Shown one piece after another: positions 1-11,862 of a stretch of 64,000 nt of DNA (position 1 is its first letter; each line of letters starts with the position of its first letter). Source of the stretch: Ascidiella aspersa (taxonomy: Eukaryota); NCBI GenBank assembly GCA_963924565.1, contig OZ004615.1:17360001-17424000 (forward strand), written 5' to 3'. The translations under genes and the position numbers were made by a program. The notes below the pieces were generated by a model. That model worked only from the letters and a program-made list of their open reading frames with translations, was not told the origin of the DNA and searched no databases.

Positions 1-302
1 ATTTACCTTGAAGGAGTACACTTTAGGAGAGATTTATGGGTTTACTTTTATTATAAATTTTATTATTTACTACTAAAATTAAAAAATATATATATTTAAA
101 TGAAAAAAAAAAACAATAAAAAGTATGCACTATTGTTAAAACAATGATTTTGTGAACCAGCCTAAAGTACAATGGCTTAACACCATTTAAAAATATATAT
201 TAAAATTAAATGATTTGTAAAAGTTTAATGATTTAAAGACAGGCAACATATGCAATAGGAAAATGAATCCCTTCTTAGAAATGAAGCATTAATGTATCAA
301 AC

Positions 303-3300
303 CTCTTCTTAATGGTAGGAGTTTGTTTTCTAAAATAGCTTTTGCATCAGTTCCATCATCCATGAGATCAAGTTTGGTTATGACTCCGATAGTTCGCGAT
401 CCTGCAAGTAAATACTTCCAATAACTATTTGGAATAAAATTTAGAGCTTCGACATTTTACCAAGAAAAATTTCACAGCATATTTAATAAGGAATTATCTC
501 CGCTTGGGCGTTCTTAACTCAGTGGAACCTAAAAATATTCAAATGGTACACAAACATCTAGCATGTCGGTGTTATATTATACCAGCTTATATTACAATCC
601 ATGTTTTTTTTCTATTTATAAAAACATAAATGTGCAGCTATAGCTTAAATATGATTTGTTTTTTATGACTTTTTTGGGCAAAACAATATCTTTTCGAACC
701 AAGTTGATCGCAGTGACAGTAAAAAAGACAATAGATGGTGCACGACCACAATGGTTGACAACTACTGATTAAGGTAATCAGCAGACAACAAGAAAACAAT
801 TGATAATGGTAACTAAGTATTTTTGTATCAAGTTACACTGTTTGTAGGAGAGTGAAAATTAATGGCAGAGTGTAATAAAAGATTTCCTTGAAAGGTAATT
901 CTCTAAAGGCAAAGTACTTACATGGACACCAAGTTATATATAATGACAAATAGATTACTGAAAATATATAATGACAAATAGATTACTGAAATGCTGATAT
1001 TTGGTATTACCACAAAAGCACATTACACTTTTAATGGCAAAATATGGTAACACAAATCCTAAATACCAAACTATATCTAAAGTGTGCAACTATGCAGGCA
1101 TGTTATAACATGTAACAACAAAATATTGTCTTTAGCAACAATTTTGACCTGGAATTCTTAATTATGTTTATATTTTCCTAAGCAAGAAATTGCAGTTATG
1201 TAGTATTTTAGTTTTTTTATAAACTATGTGTATTAAGTGGTAAAAAAACAAAATAATACAGTAAAATCAGTATACTTTATAGACACTGCATATATTTTTA
1301 TTATAAATATTGCCAAATTAAACAAACCCTGGAATAAAAACAGGAACATTTTTAGGTTGTAAACTGGTCGATAACCATATACACAGTTTCACACCTTTTA
1401 ATATTCAAATGTTTACAACACACAGTAATAACACGACAGAAAAACCTTGCGGGTCGAATTCTTTTGCTACTTTCAGGGCATCAGAGTTGGCGAGATCAGC
1501 ATTAGCAGGAGACACAGCGAGGATGAGACAATTGTCTTTGGACACAAACTGAGCAATCATGTCTTTGATTTGGTTTTCTATGTCCGCCGGTTGGTCCCCT
1601 ACTGGGACCTTGGTGATTCCGGGCAAATCAACCAGGGTGAGGTTCAAAACTAACACAAAATAATAAAAACAATAAGACTGTGATGATATACACAGTATTT
1701 TTAACATACGCATCAAACACAGATTAAAATAGCAAAATTTTGTTTTTTTCTTGTAAAACAATTCACTTTGCTTTGTAAGGCACATACGCATATTTTCAAC
1801 AGATGTTTATTTTTATAATAACAAAATATCAACTCATCCCTACCATGTGGGGAATATACTCTAAGATTGATTGGGATTGCACTGATTCCTTTATTTGATC
1901 CAGTCATCCGATCTGTTTCTTCTTCAATCTCTTTTCTAATATCGTCAAAATTTGTAAACTTTTTCCCTTTGCAGTGTAGAAATTCACCCCATTCTGCAAA
2001 AATGAGGCTTGGTTATACCACAAACTTTAAGCTTTGATGAGAATAGTGCAAATATGGTTGTTGGCAGTTTGTGGAGAATTTTACTTATATGACTAAATCA
2101 AGCAAAGATTTAAAGTATAGAATTTTAATCAAACACTGCTAATATAAATGAATAGCACAAGTTAAACCAAGGTTAGCAAGATGGAATTTCTCCCAAATGT
2201 AAAAAAAAGGGCCAAGTGTAACCATGTACAGTGTTTTTTTAAAGGTGTTTAGGGGGGCCGAAACGGTCCCTTAAATTTCTCCAGCGGTTTCCCAAATTTT
2301 TGACTTGCAACTTTTTGGTATTTAAATAAAACACTTGTGGTCTCTTAAAACTACTTAGTGGTCACCCAAACCAAACCTTAAACAAAACTGACCATGTATA
2401 TCAACCCCTGTTTCGCAATTCACTAGATGCAGGTGTACAAGAATCACAATATTCTATCTAATATTCTATGTACGTATCCTTTATGGGTCAAACACAGCAG
2501 GTTAGAGTTTGCCGATTGCAGGCAAGGCTTATAGTGGTAAGTGCGAAAAAATGCATTAATTGGTTTATATTAATAAAGCTTTTTTAGAAGAGGCTTGGCC
2601 GATTGGACACATAAAAAGGCATTTTTTAATGCAATGATGTTTATCACTATGGTTTGGAAACATGTAAAATTGTTTATTTATAGAGTTCCAAACAATGCAA
2701 TGGTGTAATTTGTGATACAGTGACCTCAACGAGGATTTATGGACTGGCAATAGTTACATAAGAAGATAAACTTCACATTAATGCAAGACATGGTCTGGTG
2801 TCCCCCAAATCCTTGATCTGATTTCATGACTGTTTTTAATGCTTTCTATAGAAAAGACACAAACACAGCCTTGTACTACAATTAGATGACTATGTATCAA
2901 AAGGTTAATGGGCAAGAAACACAGGAAAGAGAAAAAAATATGAATAGAAGGTTTAAATTTATTGCTTAAGATTTGTCATTTATTAACCTAGAGGAAATTC
3001 AAACACACCAAGGCATTGAATAGGATAACTATCATTAATTGTTTTATACTCCAAAGAGGGCTGTGAAAAATGTTCTCCTGGACCTCATGTTTGAGACGCC
3101 TGGGTTAGACCATAATTATATGTTAAGTGTTAACATATTGGATATATCATATATGTAAATTTGTTAAAGCTGACTAAGCATAATGTAATAAACCATATAG
3201 GTGTGGTGTACCTTACTTTTTTAAGGATTTTAGTTATATTCGTCTAAAGATTATGTGACAATTGGAAGCTTTAAAACAATAACTATTTCAGTAAATGTTT

Positions 3301-5292
3301 AGTGCCTTATCAAGTCCTGCTTTAATTACCAGAAAGTGCATGTTGACTCACAGTAAATTTGTGACTCATAAGAACAGCATTGTATAGCAGGAAAAGGGTA
3401 GAAAATAGAGTCAGTAAGGAGTAACATAACAAGTTATCACTGCTCTAATCAGGAACAAAGAAGTTCAAGAGATATAACTTGTCAAGTTGCTATTTCTTTA
3501 CAATTGACATACTTAATATGGGCATGTCAGATCTTTATTTGCATTGCAAACCAGACAAAAATAGAATAACGAAAATTCTACAATAAAATGTGCACAAAGG
3601 TGTTAATTATGTGCACTTTGGTCTCAATTTATTTGACAAAATGTGTTGGTACAAGTATGAACAATATGCATTGTTCAGCTTATTTCAGCCATTGTGTACA
3701 TTAAACCAAATATCCAGTATAAAATTCCTAAGGAGAAAAAAAGTGCTTGTTTGTTACTTAATTACAGGTTTCATCTTTAAAAACTTTATATTTTAATTCA
3801 AACTGTCCCATCTTTTCGTTTGTTTATCTCTTATGGCAACATATAAATATACCACAGCAAAAGCTACGGGTAGGCTTAAAATATTTTACAAACATAGCAA
3901 AGGCAAACTCCATAATGTAGAGTGAATAAATTTACCTCCATTACGTGATGTCATCAGCTGTAGAACAAGTGGCCTCCTTGTCACAATCCCCGACCCCCTC
4001 GGCAGGAAATCCCTGTAATGCACATTCAAATAGAATTTAAATTCAAATTTCACCCTAATATTCCAGGAAAAAAAGTGACCAGAGATTAGCATAAGGACTG
4101 TTACAGATGTTTCATTCAAAAAAATAAACCAGGAATTAACTAAACTCAATTCTAATAAAATATTCATTCCCAAGAATGATAGTTTTTGGCAATAAAACGT
4201 GTAAAATAATTAACAATATCTTGATAACATGATAGCAAGGCATTGTGATTTGTTTTCGCAAGAAACCAATCGGATAGAATTGTCAGTTAAATCAATATCT
4301 CAATTAGTGCTCTTAGGCCAAAGTGAAATTTGGTCCCATATGAACAATGAAATGTTATAAGTTCAATAAAAATCAATATTACTGGAGAAGGGCAGATGGT
4401 TTTTGATCTATAGTATTGGTATATCAGCACACAGGAAATTAGAAACTTTCGTAGTCAAAATAATTTACTAGAAATGTGCAGCAAACTTCGGATTCCCAAA
4501 TGTTATGATCATATATTGTATATTTCAGCAAAACTAAATTACAAAACAACAATAATAAAGCAAAACTACATCTATATATATAATTTAATGTTTTTCCAAC
4601 AGTACTTACTTTCCCACAAAGTTTTCCAAAACACTACTTTTTCCAGCACTCTGTCCTCCCACCACAGCAATTTGAGGTAGATCAATGTTTAATGACGCAC
4701 CTTAACAAGTTAATAAACATAATTATCAGTTTATCTAAAGACAAGTTAGCCCTAACAAAACTTGTTTAGATGTTAAACAACAAATCTGTGTTAAAAACAC
4801 TGTGTTGTATGACTTCTTACTTGGAGTATACAAACTTAACTTAACATAATATCAATTCAAAGTAACCTTAAATGGCCGGGTTGCAGTCATCAAACCATGT
4901 TAAGTGGTAAATGATAAAGTGCTAAATTAGAAAACTTGCAATTGTACGACATCAGTAACCAGTCTGCAGTCTGGCAGGTGCATACCAGAGATTTTTTTGA
5001 AAGTAGTTTGTGTGAACAATAGAATTAGTAACTCGGACACATAAATTACAGCAAAAGGTTAAGTTGTGCAAGACTCCCATTAAGGTGTGCGTGAAGCATT
5101 GATTGCACACCTTTAAAATTTGGCGATGCACACATCAGATCTCAGTGTGAAGTGCCATCAAAATGTAGACTAGATCGGGTAAACACTATGCTTTAAAAAA
5201 TCCTTTAATATACACTTACCTGTATGTGCAAAGGCATCTTGTAATTTGTTGACTAAAGGAATCAATGCTTCCATTCCTGTATTAGTCGTCAT
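303..5292 (-). CDS. DNM: Classical dynamin, GTPase-domain exons (gene continues beyond window start)
   Basis: Coding exons 5292-5220, 4700-4610, 4012-3936, 1993-1844, 1649-1446 and 401-303, all GT-AG and phase-consistent. Spliced translation [21 protein letters not shown]...[39 protein letters not shown]...[18 protein letters not shown]...[18 protein letters not shown] contains the dynamin G1-G4 motifs. Confidence 0.96.
936..991. repeat. 28-bp perfect tandem duplication in a dynamin intron
   Basis: atatataatgacaaatagattactgaaa occurs twice (936-963, 964-991). Confidence 0.9.
2229..2390. mobile_element. Short non-autonomous DNA transposon (hAT-like MITE)
   Basis: Perfect 8-bp TSD accatgta (2221-2228, 2391-2398); cagtgttttt...aaacaaaactg termini; related inverted fragment near 31388-31475. 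Confidence 0.7.
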
Positions 5293-6561
5293 TTTGGTTG
5301 GTTGTGTATATACACCTTATATATATAGATAAATTTATTTTATACCATGTCACTGAAAAGAAAACAACATTTTTTAGATTGTTCTGGTTGCTCTTAGCTA
5401 TTCTTAATAAATAAAAATATCTTGCAGATTATCTATCATGTTGAACATATTTAGAAGCCTAATGGTTGAATCTGTAGTTATATTCACCATGAAAAGTACT
5501 GTAGTAAACTTTCTAAATTACAGCCTTCTTTTTACATAATACTACCTTAGCTGAAATGTCGGCCAGGTTGTATAAACTATGTCATAACTCAAACCAAATC
5601 AGTTATGGCCTGTAAGTCAAAGTGAAAGTTATAGTAAAATTTTCAGTCAAGCTTGATGGGTTGAGGTGGGTTTTTATTAAGTTGAAAACTAGTTTAGTAA
5701 TGTTCTTGTTTTTTCATCTAACAAAAAAAAAATATATAATGGACACTTTAAAAAGATCAAAATAAATAACTTCTTTTTAAACTAAGTCTGCTGGCCGCAG
5801 GATTTTTGCTAATGATGGGTATTTGTGATTTAGAGTTTTTGATGTCAAACATTAATATTGTAAGAATATTTCAATTTTTGAAAGCAAAAACGGCAGCTAA
5901 ATAATTTCTACATAAGTTTATTTTTTCTAAAATCAAATAAATCAGTCCAAATGAATTCTGTTCAGTTCACCTGCTGTGTAAACGATATTGATAATGTAAA
6001 AATATACAACCAAACTAGCAAAAGTTTTAGCAGAAAGCATTTACAGAACCACTAAATCTCTTAGGTCTTCCGTTGACTTGCAACAAGTTAATTTCCTTTC
6101 TAGAACGTCGAAGGAAAATGCAATAAGCTCCCTGACTTTGCGCTGGAAGTCACAAATAGATTATTTCGAAGAGTTCTCGCGCCCCACCTTGTGATTGACA
6201 ATATTGTTTAGTAGACCACGTGACATGACGACATGTCAATTAGCCCCACTGATCTCTATAAAACCTGGATAGCGCAACTAGTGGTTGAAAATTGAAGCCA
6301 ATTAGAAAGCTGAAACTCCATCTTGAAAAGGTCCTAAAGTGCGTAAATTTTGCATTACGGCTTATGGAGGAAGGTGCTAGTAACAGCGTTTTCCGACTAT
6401 TTATTAACATTTATTACTTAAAATTAATGGTTTCTAAGGCTGCAAGCCATACTCTAATCATTTGGAAAAGAAAAAAACCTAATACTGTATAATTAACGCA
6501 AAAATCGGCATTTTTAGAACGACGAAACCCGTGCCTATATATTCAATATATAGGCACGGCG

Positions 6562-7152
6562 CTGGTCTAGAATCCTACCACAATTATTAAATCAACGCAC
6601 AATATTTGGGTTAGGGTGCGAGTTGGCCTTTGGATTTGGGTGGGTCAGGTATTATTATATTCATTATTGACCCACCCTAACCCAAAACGCTAACGCACAC
6701 CCTAACACAAATTATGTGCGTTCAATTCAATTTTATTATTTTGGCACATAACGTTAATACAACAACAAATGCAATAAGAATATTATGCCAGGAGGCACCG
6801 ATGCAACCAACAGGTTTACCAGTCAAGGTGCCCCATTTCACTATATATAATGATTTTAAATTGATATCAATATTTCCCCATACCACTGGTCCTCGATAGC
6901 CAAGTGATCTCTGCCCTAGTGATGTGTTTCTGCGAGGTAAAAATAATTGCCTAGAATCCTTTAACCTAGTAACATGATCGTGTATATCAGAAATTTTAGT
7001 AAAGTAAGAGCTAAATGTGGGAGGTAGAGCATTGCTGTGGAATTTGTGCATAAATTTCCCAAATTCTAATTTATATATTTCTGAAATTTTAAGTAATTGC
7101 AATTCCTTAAAAAGTTTTGTCGGGTCATCGTTGTGGTATAATTCTAGGTCAG
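6562..7152. mobile_element. MITE nested in the P element left arm, itself containing a LINE fragment
   Basis: Imperfect 22-bp TIR ctggtctagaatcctaccacaa versus the inverse at 7131-7152 (18/22); internal palindromic gggttagg/ccctaaccc core; related ends at ~44070, ~44600 and ~45192. Confidence 0.6.
6830..7130 (-). mobile_element. Non-LTR retrotransposon (L2/CR1-group-like) ORF2 C-terminal fragment
   Basis: Within ORF 6722..7279: PTKLFKELQLLKISEIYKLEFGKFMHKFHSNALP...HDHVTR...LGQRSLGYRGPVVWGNI resembles the post-RT C-terminus of L2/CR1-group LINEs. Confidence 0.75.
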
Positions 7153-7384
7153 TATGATTTTTTTCCCACTTCAATGCCGCCCAACCTTTCAGCTTAGTTT
7201 TTGATTGAGAAGCTGCTGGTAAAACTCTGGAGTATAGACAGTTACCGGCCAGAAATTTATTAATAGTGATTTTGAGCACAACGTGAACAGATTGGCCATT
7301 TTCTGTCTATTTTTTTCTTAGGAGGCACTGAAAGTGGCATGTATATAAATACTTTTGAAGTAGCTATTTTTCACAAATTCAAAC

Positions 7385-7610
7385 TAGATGGGTAACACTA
7401 ATTTATGAAAAGATAAATGGTCGGAACGCTCACAGTATTATTATTTAATATAATAACACTTGACCCACCTTCACCCAAACGCTAACCCCCACTGTAACCC
7501 AAATATTGTGCGTTGGTTTAATAATTGTTTTAAAGGGGTAACACTTAAATTATTGAGCGTTCCGACATTTCCGACCATTCATCATTCCGTAAATTAGTAT
7601 TACCCAACTA
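7385..7610. mobile_element. Palindromic MITE nested in the P element
   Basis: ~40-bp imperfect TIRs (gggtaacactaatttatgaaaagataaatggtcggaa versus inverse ttccgaccattcatcattccgtaaattagtattaccc) around a telomere-like core. Confidence 0.65.
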
Positions 7611-7704
7611 TAGATGGGTAATGAGAATCGACTGCTGATGATAATATTTGACTATGTATTGCAGTTGACCAGTTTTGCTTTAACTATCCAAATAAAGTAT
7701 AAAA

Positions 7705-10700
7705 ATGCCAGGCATGCAATGCTGTGCGTTTGGTTGCCTAAAGCGCAAACGCAAAAAAGCTAGTAGAAGTGACAGTGATGGTAGCTCGGATGAAGAAACA
7801 GTCCTAAAGAAAAAATTTCCGAGAACTTTTCATAAGTATGATAATAATAATAGATGTCAGAAATATCCAGTTTGAGTGTTGTCTTACTGGTTATAAAACT
7901 CATAATAACTGTAGTAGTATAGCCAATCTTTGAAAATGGTTTTCTTGGTCAGTGTTGTAGATGTATTTCAATTTGGTACATCTTTACTATGCTGGTTGAT
8001 AATACTGTTTTTGACCAACAACGCTTATAATCAGTTGGCCCTGTAAATATACATACTTTTAATAAATGCAGTTAGCTTAGATAGTTGCAGATTGAATATT
8101 AGTTTACCAACTCACTTAGCTAATTGAAAATATTAGTTCTTAATTTAACTTAACTTTCAGTTACTAGTTACCTATAAGCTAAGAGGACAGATTAAAGTCG
8201 TTAGTATTAGACAGGTTTTAATACTAGTAATTAGCATTTAGAAGTCACATCAATTTCTATATAATTATTACAAATCACTTCCGTAGAATTTTAGAAGTAT
8301 TTCTCTATTATAGATGAGTTATGTAATAGTACTCTTGACAGATTTCCAGCAGATCAGGAAAAAAAAAATCTTTCGGTGGCAAACATTCACCGTAGCAATT
8401 GGGCGCCGACGAAACATTCGATGGTGTGTTCCGACCATTTTGCTGAGAAAAAAATAATTCGGACTGGATATAAAGTGCGACTTGCCAGCGATGCGGTTCC
8501 GACCAGACATAAAAAATTTCCAAAATACTTAAAAAAGGTAGATATATACATTCTATATATATATATGTATATAAACATACCATACTGATAATATCAGAGC
8601 TGATAGACATGTCTAATAACTAAATTACTATACTATACTATAGTAGTTTAGTTATTAGAAACCTCGCATCAGCTCCAAAATTACCTGGATAGTCATTCCA
8701 TGCTTAATTTAAAGAGCCGGAAACCCAACACAGATTATTAATTTATAAATTTCAAATATTCACTAATATTGAATATTTATTAACTAGATATAAAAAAATT
8801 TCAATTAAATGGTTTTGTTTCATGAAATACACATAATAATAAAGGAGCATTTTTCAAATGTGTCCCTCAGGCCCCAGGGGGCCACAAAGAAGTCTTCAGG
8901 GGGCAACAGACATGTCATATTTTAATTTTTAGTTAGTTAAACCATTTTGTTTTGGTTTGCGGTATGTCCAGAGACCTGACTTATAAAAGGGGGCATGACT
9001 TATAAAAGGCTGAGAACCACTGGTCTTTATGTGGCAATATGCCTAATAATATTTATATTTTGTACAAATGTATTGATTAATTTAATTACTTTCTAGATTG
9101 TCCTGTAAAATATCTAGCTATTTCTAAATATAATTTTTACGAACCCATTGATTTAGTTTGTCAAAGTTAGACAAGCCATAAAAATTAAAAGTGCCACTAT
9201 AGCTGGAGTCTGTTGCAAAATTATTTTCCCTTTGAGGTCTTTGATAGATGGGTGCAAAAATTTTGAAAAACTTTAAATTAAATGTGGAATGACCCATATA
9301 ACAAATTAGGGTATTACAATGAACGACATTTATAGTTAAACATTAAAAAATATTATGTAAAAAGTAAACATTGGTGACACACCACTGTGTATCCTAAGCA
9401 AAATGTATTAAATATTATTTAAAAAAAATAAAGCACCCTAAGACTGAACATTAACTACATTGTAAACTAAAACACACTTGAAGTTTGAAAAGAAAACTAC
9501 CAAATGCCAGAATCAACCAACCAACTTAAGATTCCCAAGAACTACATAACACATGACAATAATTACTGCTTGAACATTTATTCAAAAAACGAAGAGAACA
9601 AATTGAAAGAAAGCAATGAAAAAATTATACGATTAAAAAAGAAAATGAAAGTTGCAAGACAAAAAGCGAGAAGATTAAAATTGAAGGTCAATTCTTTAAA
9701 GGGGATTATTAGAATTTTAAAGGATAAAAATGTAATTTCAACTCGCTGTGAAGACATGTTAAAGCAGTGTTTATCAGAGGTACCATTTGAACTATTAACA
9801 AGAATCAAAAAAACAAAATCTGGCAAAGGATTTAAATATTCAGCAGCTTTAAAATCATTTGCACTTACTCTACAATTTTATTCCTCTAAAGCATATGAAT
9901 TTGTCCGTAAAAGTTTCGATTTTTCATTACCCCACCAAGCCCAGATTCGAAAATGGTACGGCAAAATAGATGCGGATCCAGGATTTACAAAACCAGCTTT
10001 TATTGCAATTAAAGAAAAGGTGAGAATCGCCCACAACAATGGTAAACAAGTTATGTGCTCCCTTATGCTTGACGAGATGTCTATTAGGAAACATATTGCT
10101 TGGGATGGTAAAAAGTTTCGTGGTTTTGTAGATCATGGAAATGGTCTCTATGATGACGACACTTTACCATATGCGGATGTTCTCGTTTTAATGGTTGTTT
10201 GTATTAATAGTGGTTGGAAGGTGCCATGTGCATATTTTTTGTAGATGGCTTAAGTGGTGCAGAGCGTGCAAACATCGTCAAATATGTATTCAGCGTGTTT
10301 CATACACTGGTGCAAAGGTAGTATCTCTGACATGCAACGGTCCTTCTTGTCATTTCACTATGTTACGAGAACTCGGTGCATCTATGATACCAGGTTGCTT
10401 AACAGCAAACTTTGAACATCCCTCGAACAAAACCGAGCGGATTTATGTTCTTCTTGATGTTTGCCATATGCTTAAACTTGTGCGAAATACTTTTGCTGAT
10501 TGGGGAATTTTGGTAGATGGAGATGGAGGAAAAATCAAATGGCAATACATTATTGCATTGCAAAAACTCCAACAAAATGAAGGTTTGCGTTTGGGCAACA
10601 AGCTTAAGCTGGCACACATCAAATGGCAGCAGCAAAAAATGAAGGTAAACCTTGCAGCACAGGCATTGAGTTCTAGTGTGGCTGATGCCATCCAATATTG

Positions 10701-11862
10701 TGCAGAGAATTTAAAACTAAAGGAATTTAAGGGATGTGCACCAACTGTCAGGTTCTTACGAATGTTTGATCGTTTATTTGACATTTTAAATTCAAGAAAT
10801 CCCCTCGCCAAAGGTTTTAAGTCTGCCCTTCGGATTGCGAATAAGTTTGTATGGGATCCCTTTCTTTCAGAATGTTTTACTTACATAATGCAGTTAAAAA
10901 CAACTGACAGCACTCCAATGCACATTTCCAGAAGAAAAACTGGTTTTGTTGGTTTTTTAGCCTGTATCCTGAGCACAAAAGGTTTGTTCGATAACTTAGT
11001 AGGCAGAGCCAATGCTCCACTAAGTTATTTGTTAATGTACAAGTTTAGCCAAGATCACCTAAAATTGTTTTTCAGTGCTGTCCGAACTGCTGGTGGCTGC
11101 AATAATAACCCAACAGCACAAGAGTTCACAGCAGCCTTCAAGCGTCTTTTGATGAGAAGCTGTATTAAAGGTACAAATGGTAATTGCTCCAACCAGGATT
11201 CAACAACAATTCTGGATGCAATAAGCGACACCTGTAAAACAAATTATACGGAGGTAAAGTTAACTGATGTGGCATTAATTAAAAAATATGACCTCATTGA
11301 ACGTCTGCCCATTTCAACAAACCATGATTACTGTGACAGTCCAAACATAAAAATTTTATCAGAATATAAAAAAGCAGCTATTACATACATAGCTGGGTAT
11401 GTTGCAAAGATGGCAAAAAAACAAACAACATGTTTTACCTGCTCCTTGGCACTTGGTTCCCAGAAAATGATAGCACAACCCAGTTTTTTGACATTCAAAG
11501 ACAGAGGAGGTCTTATGAAACTATCAGAAAGTGTAATTAGGGTGTGCTCTGACACCGAAAAATGCTTCTTAAGATTGTTGGCATGTTCTGGTGGAAAATT
11601 ACCGATTAATACAGGAATTCCAGATGCCATTGCAACATCAGTATTACACAGTATTAATGCATCCCAATTATTTCCTGATTTAGATAGTCACATGTTTGAC
11701 AGTACAGTGATGGATAATCATGGCCTTCAACTGATCAAAGTTGTATCGAAGTGCTACAGTAAGATAAGGCTGTACCATCTTGGAAAGGAAACCTCTGAAA
11801 AAATAGTGGGAGAAAAAATAAGAAAAAAGCTAAGCAAGCTAGTTTTATTTAACAATCAATAA
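7705..11862 (+). pseudogene. THAP9/P-element transposase, disrupted
   Basis: THAP exons 7705-7835 (MPGMQCCAFGC...RTFH) and 8342-8537 (KFP...WAPTKHSMVCSDHF...AVPT). Main exon ~9500-11862 has a coiled coil, LMLDEMSIRK, DVCHMLKLVRN, KMKVNLAAQ and FSQDHL(K)LFFS. Two 1-nt deletions at ~10240 and ~10281; catalytic D->N at 10336 and E->K at 11062. The acceptor of the main exon was not resolved. Confidence 0.9.

Noticed and set aside
1-40. Possible 14-nt dynamin micro-exon (ctaaag|TGTACTCCTTCAAG|gtaaat, - strand)
   Set aside because: Length is not a multiple of 3 and the peptide does not match the expected GYIGVVNRSQ continuation.
303-5292. miR-199/miR-214 in dynamin introns
   Set aside because: No match seen by eye; the vertebrate host introns lie further 3', outside this window.
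6292-6492. 66-aa ORF in the P left arm
   Set aside because: Lies in the subterminal inverted repeat; no protein motifs.
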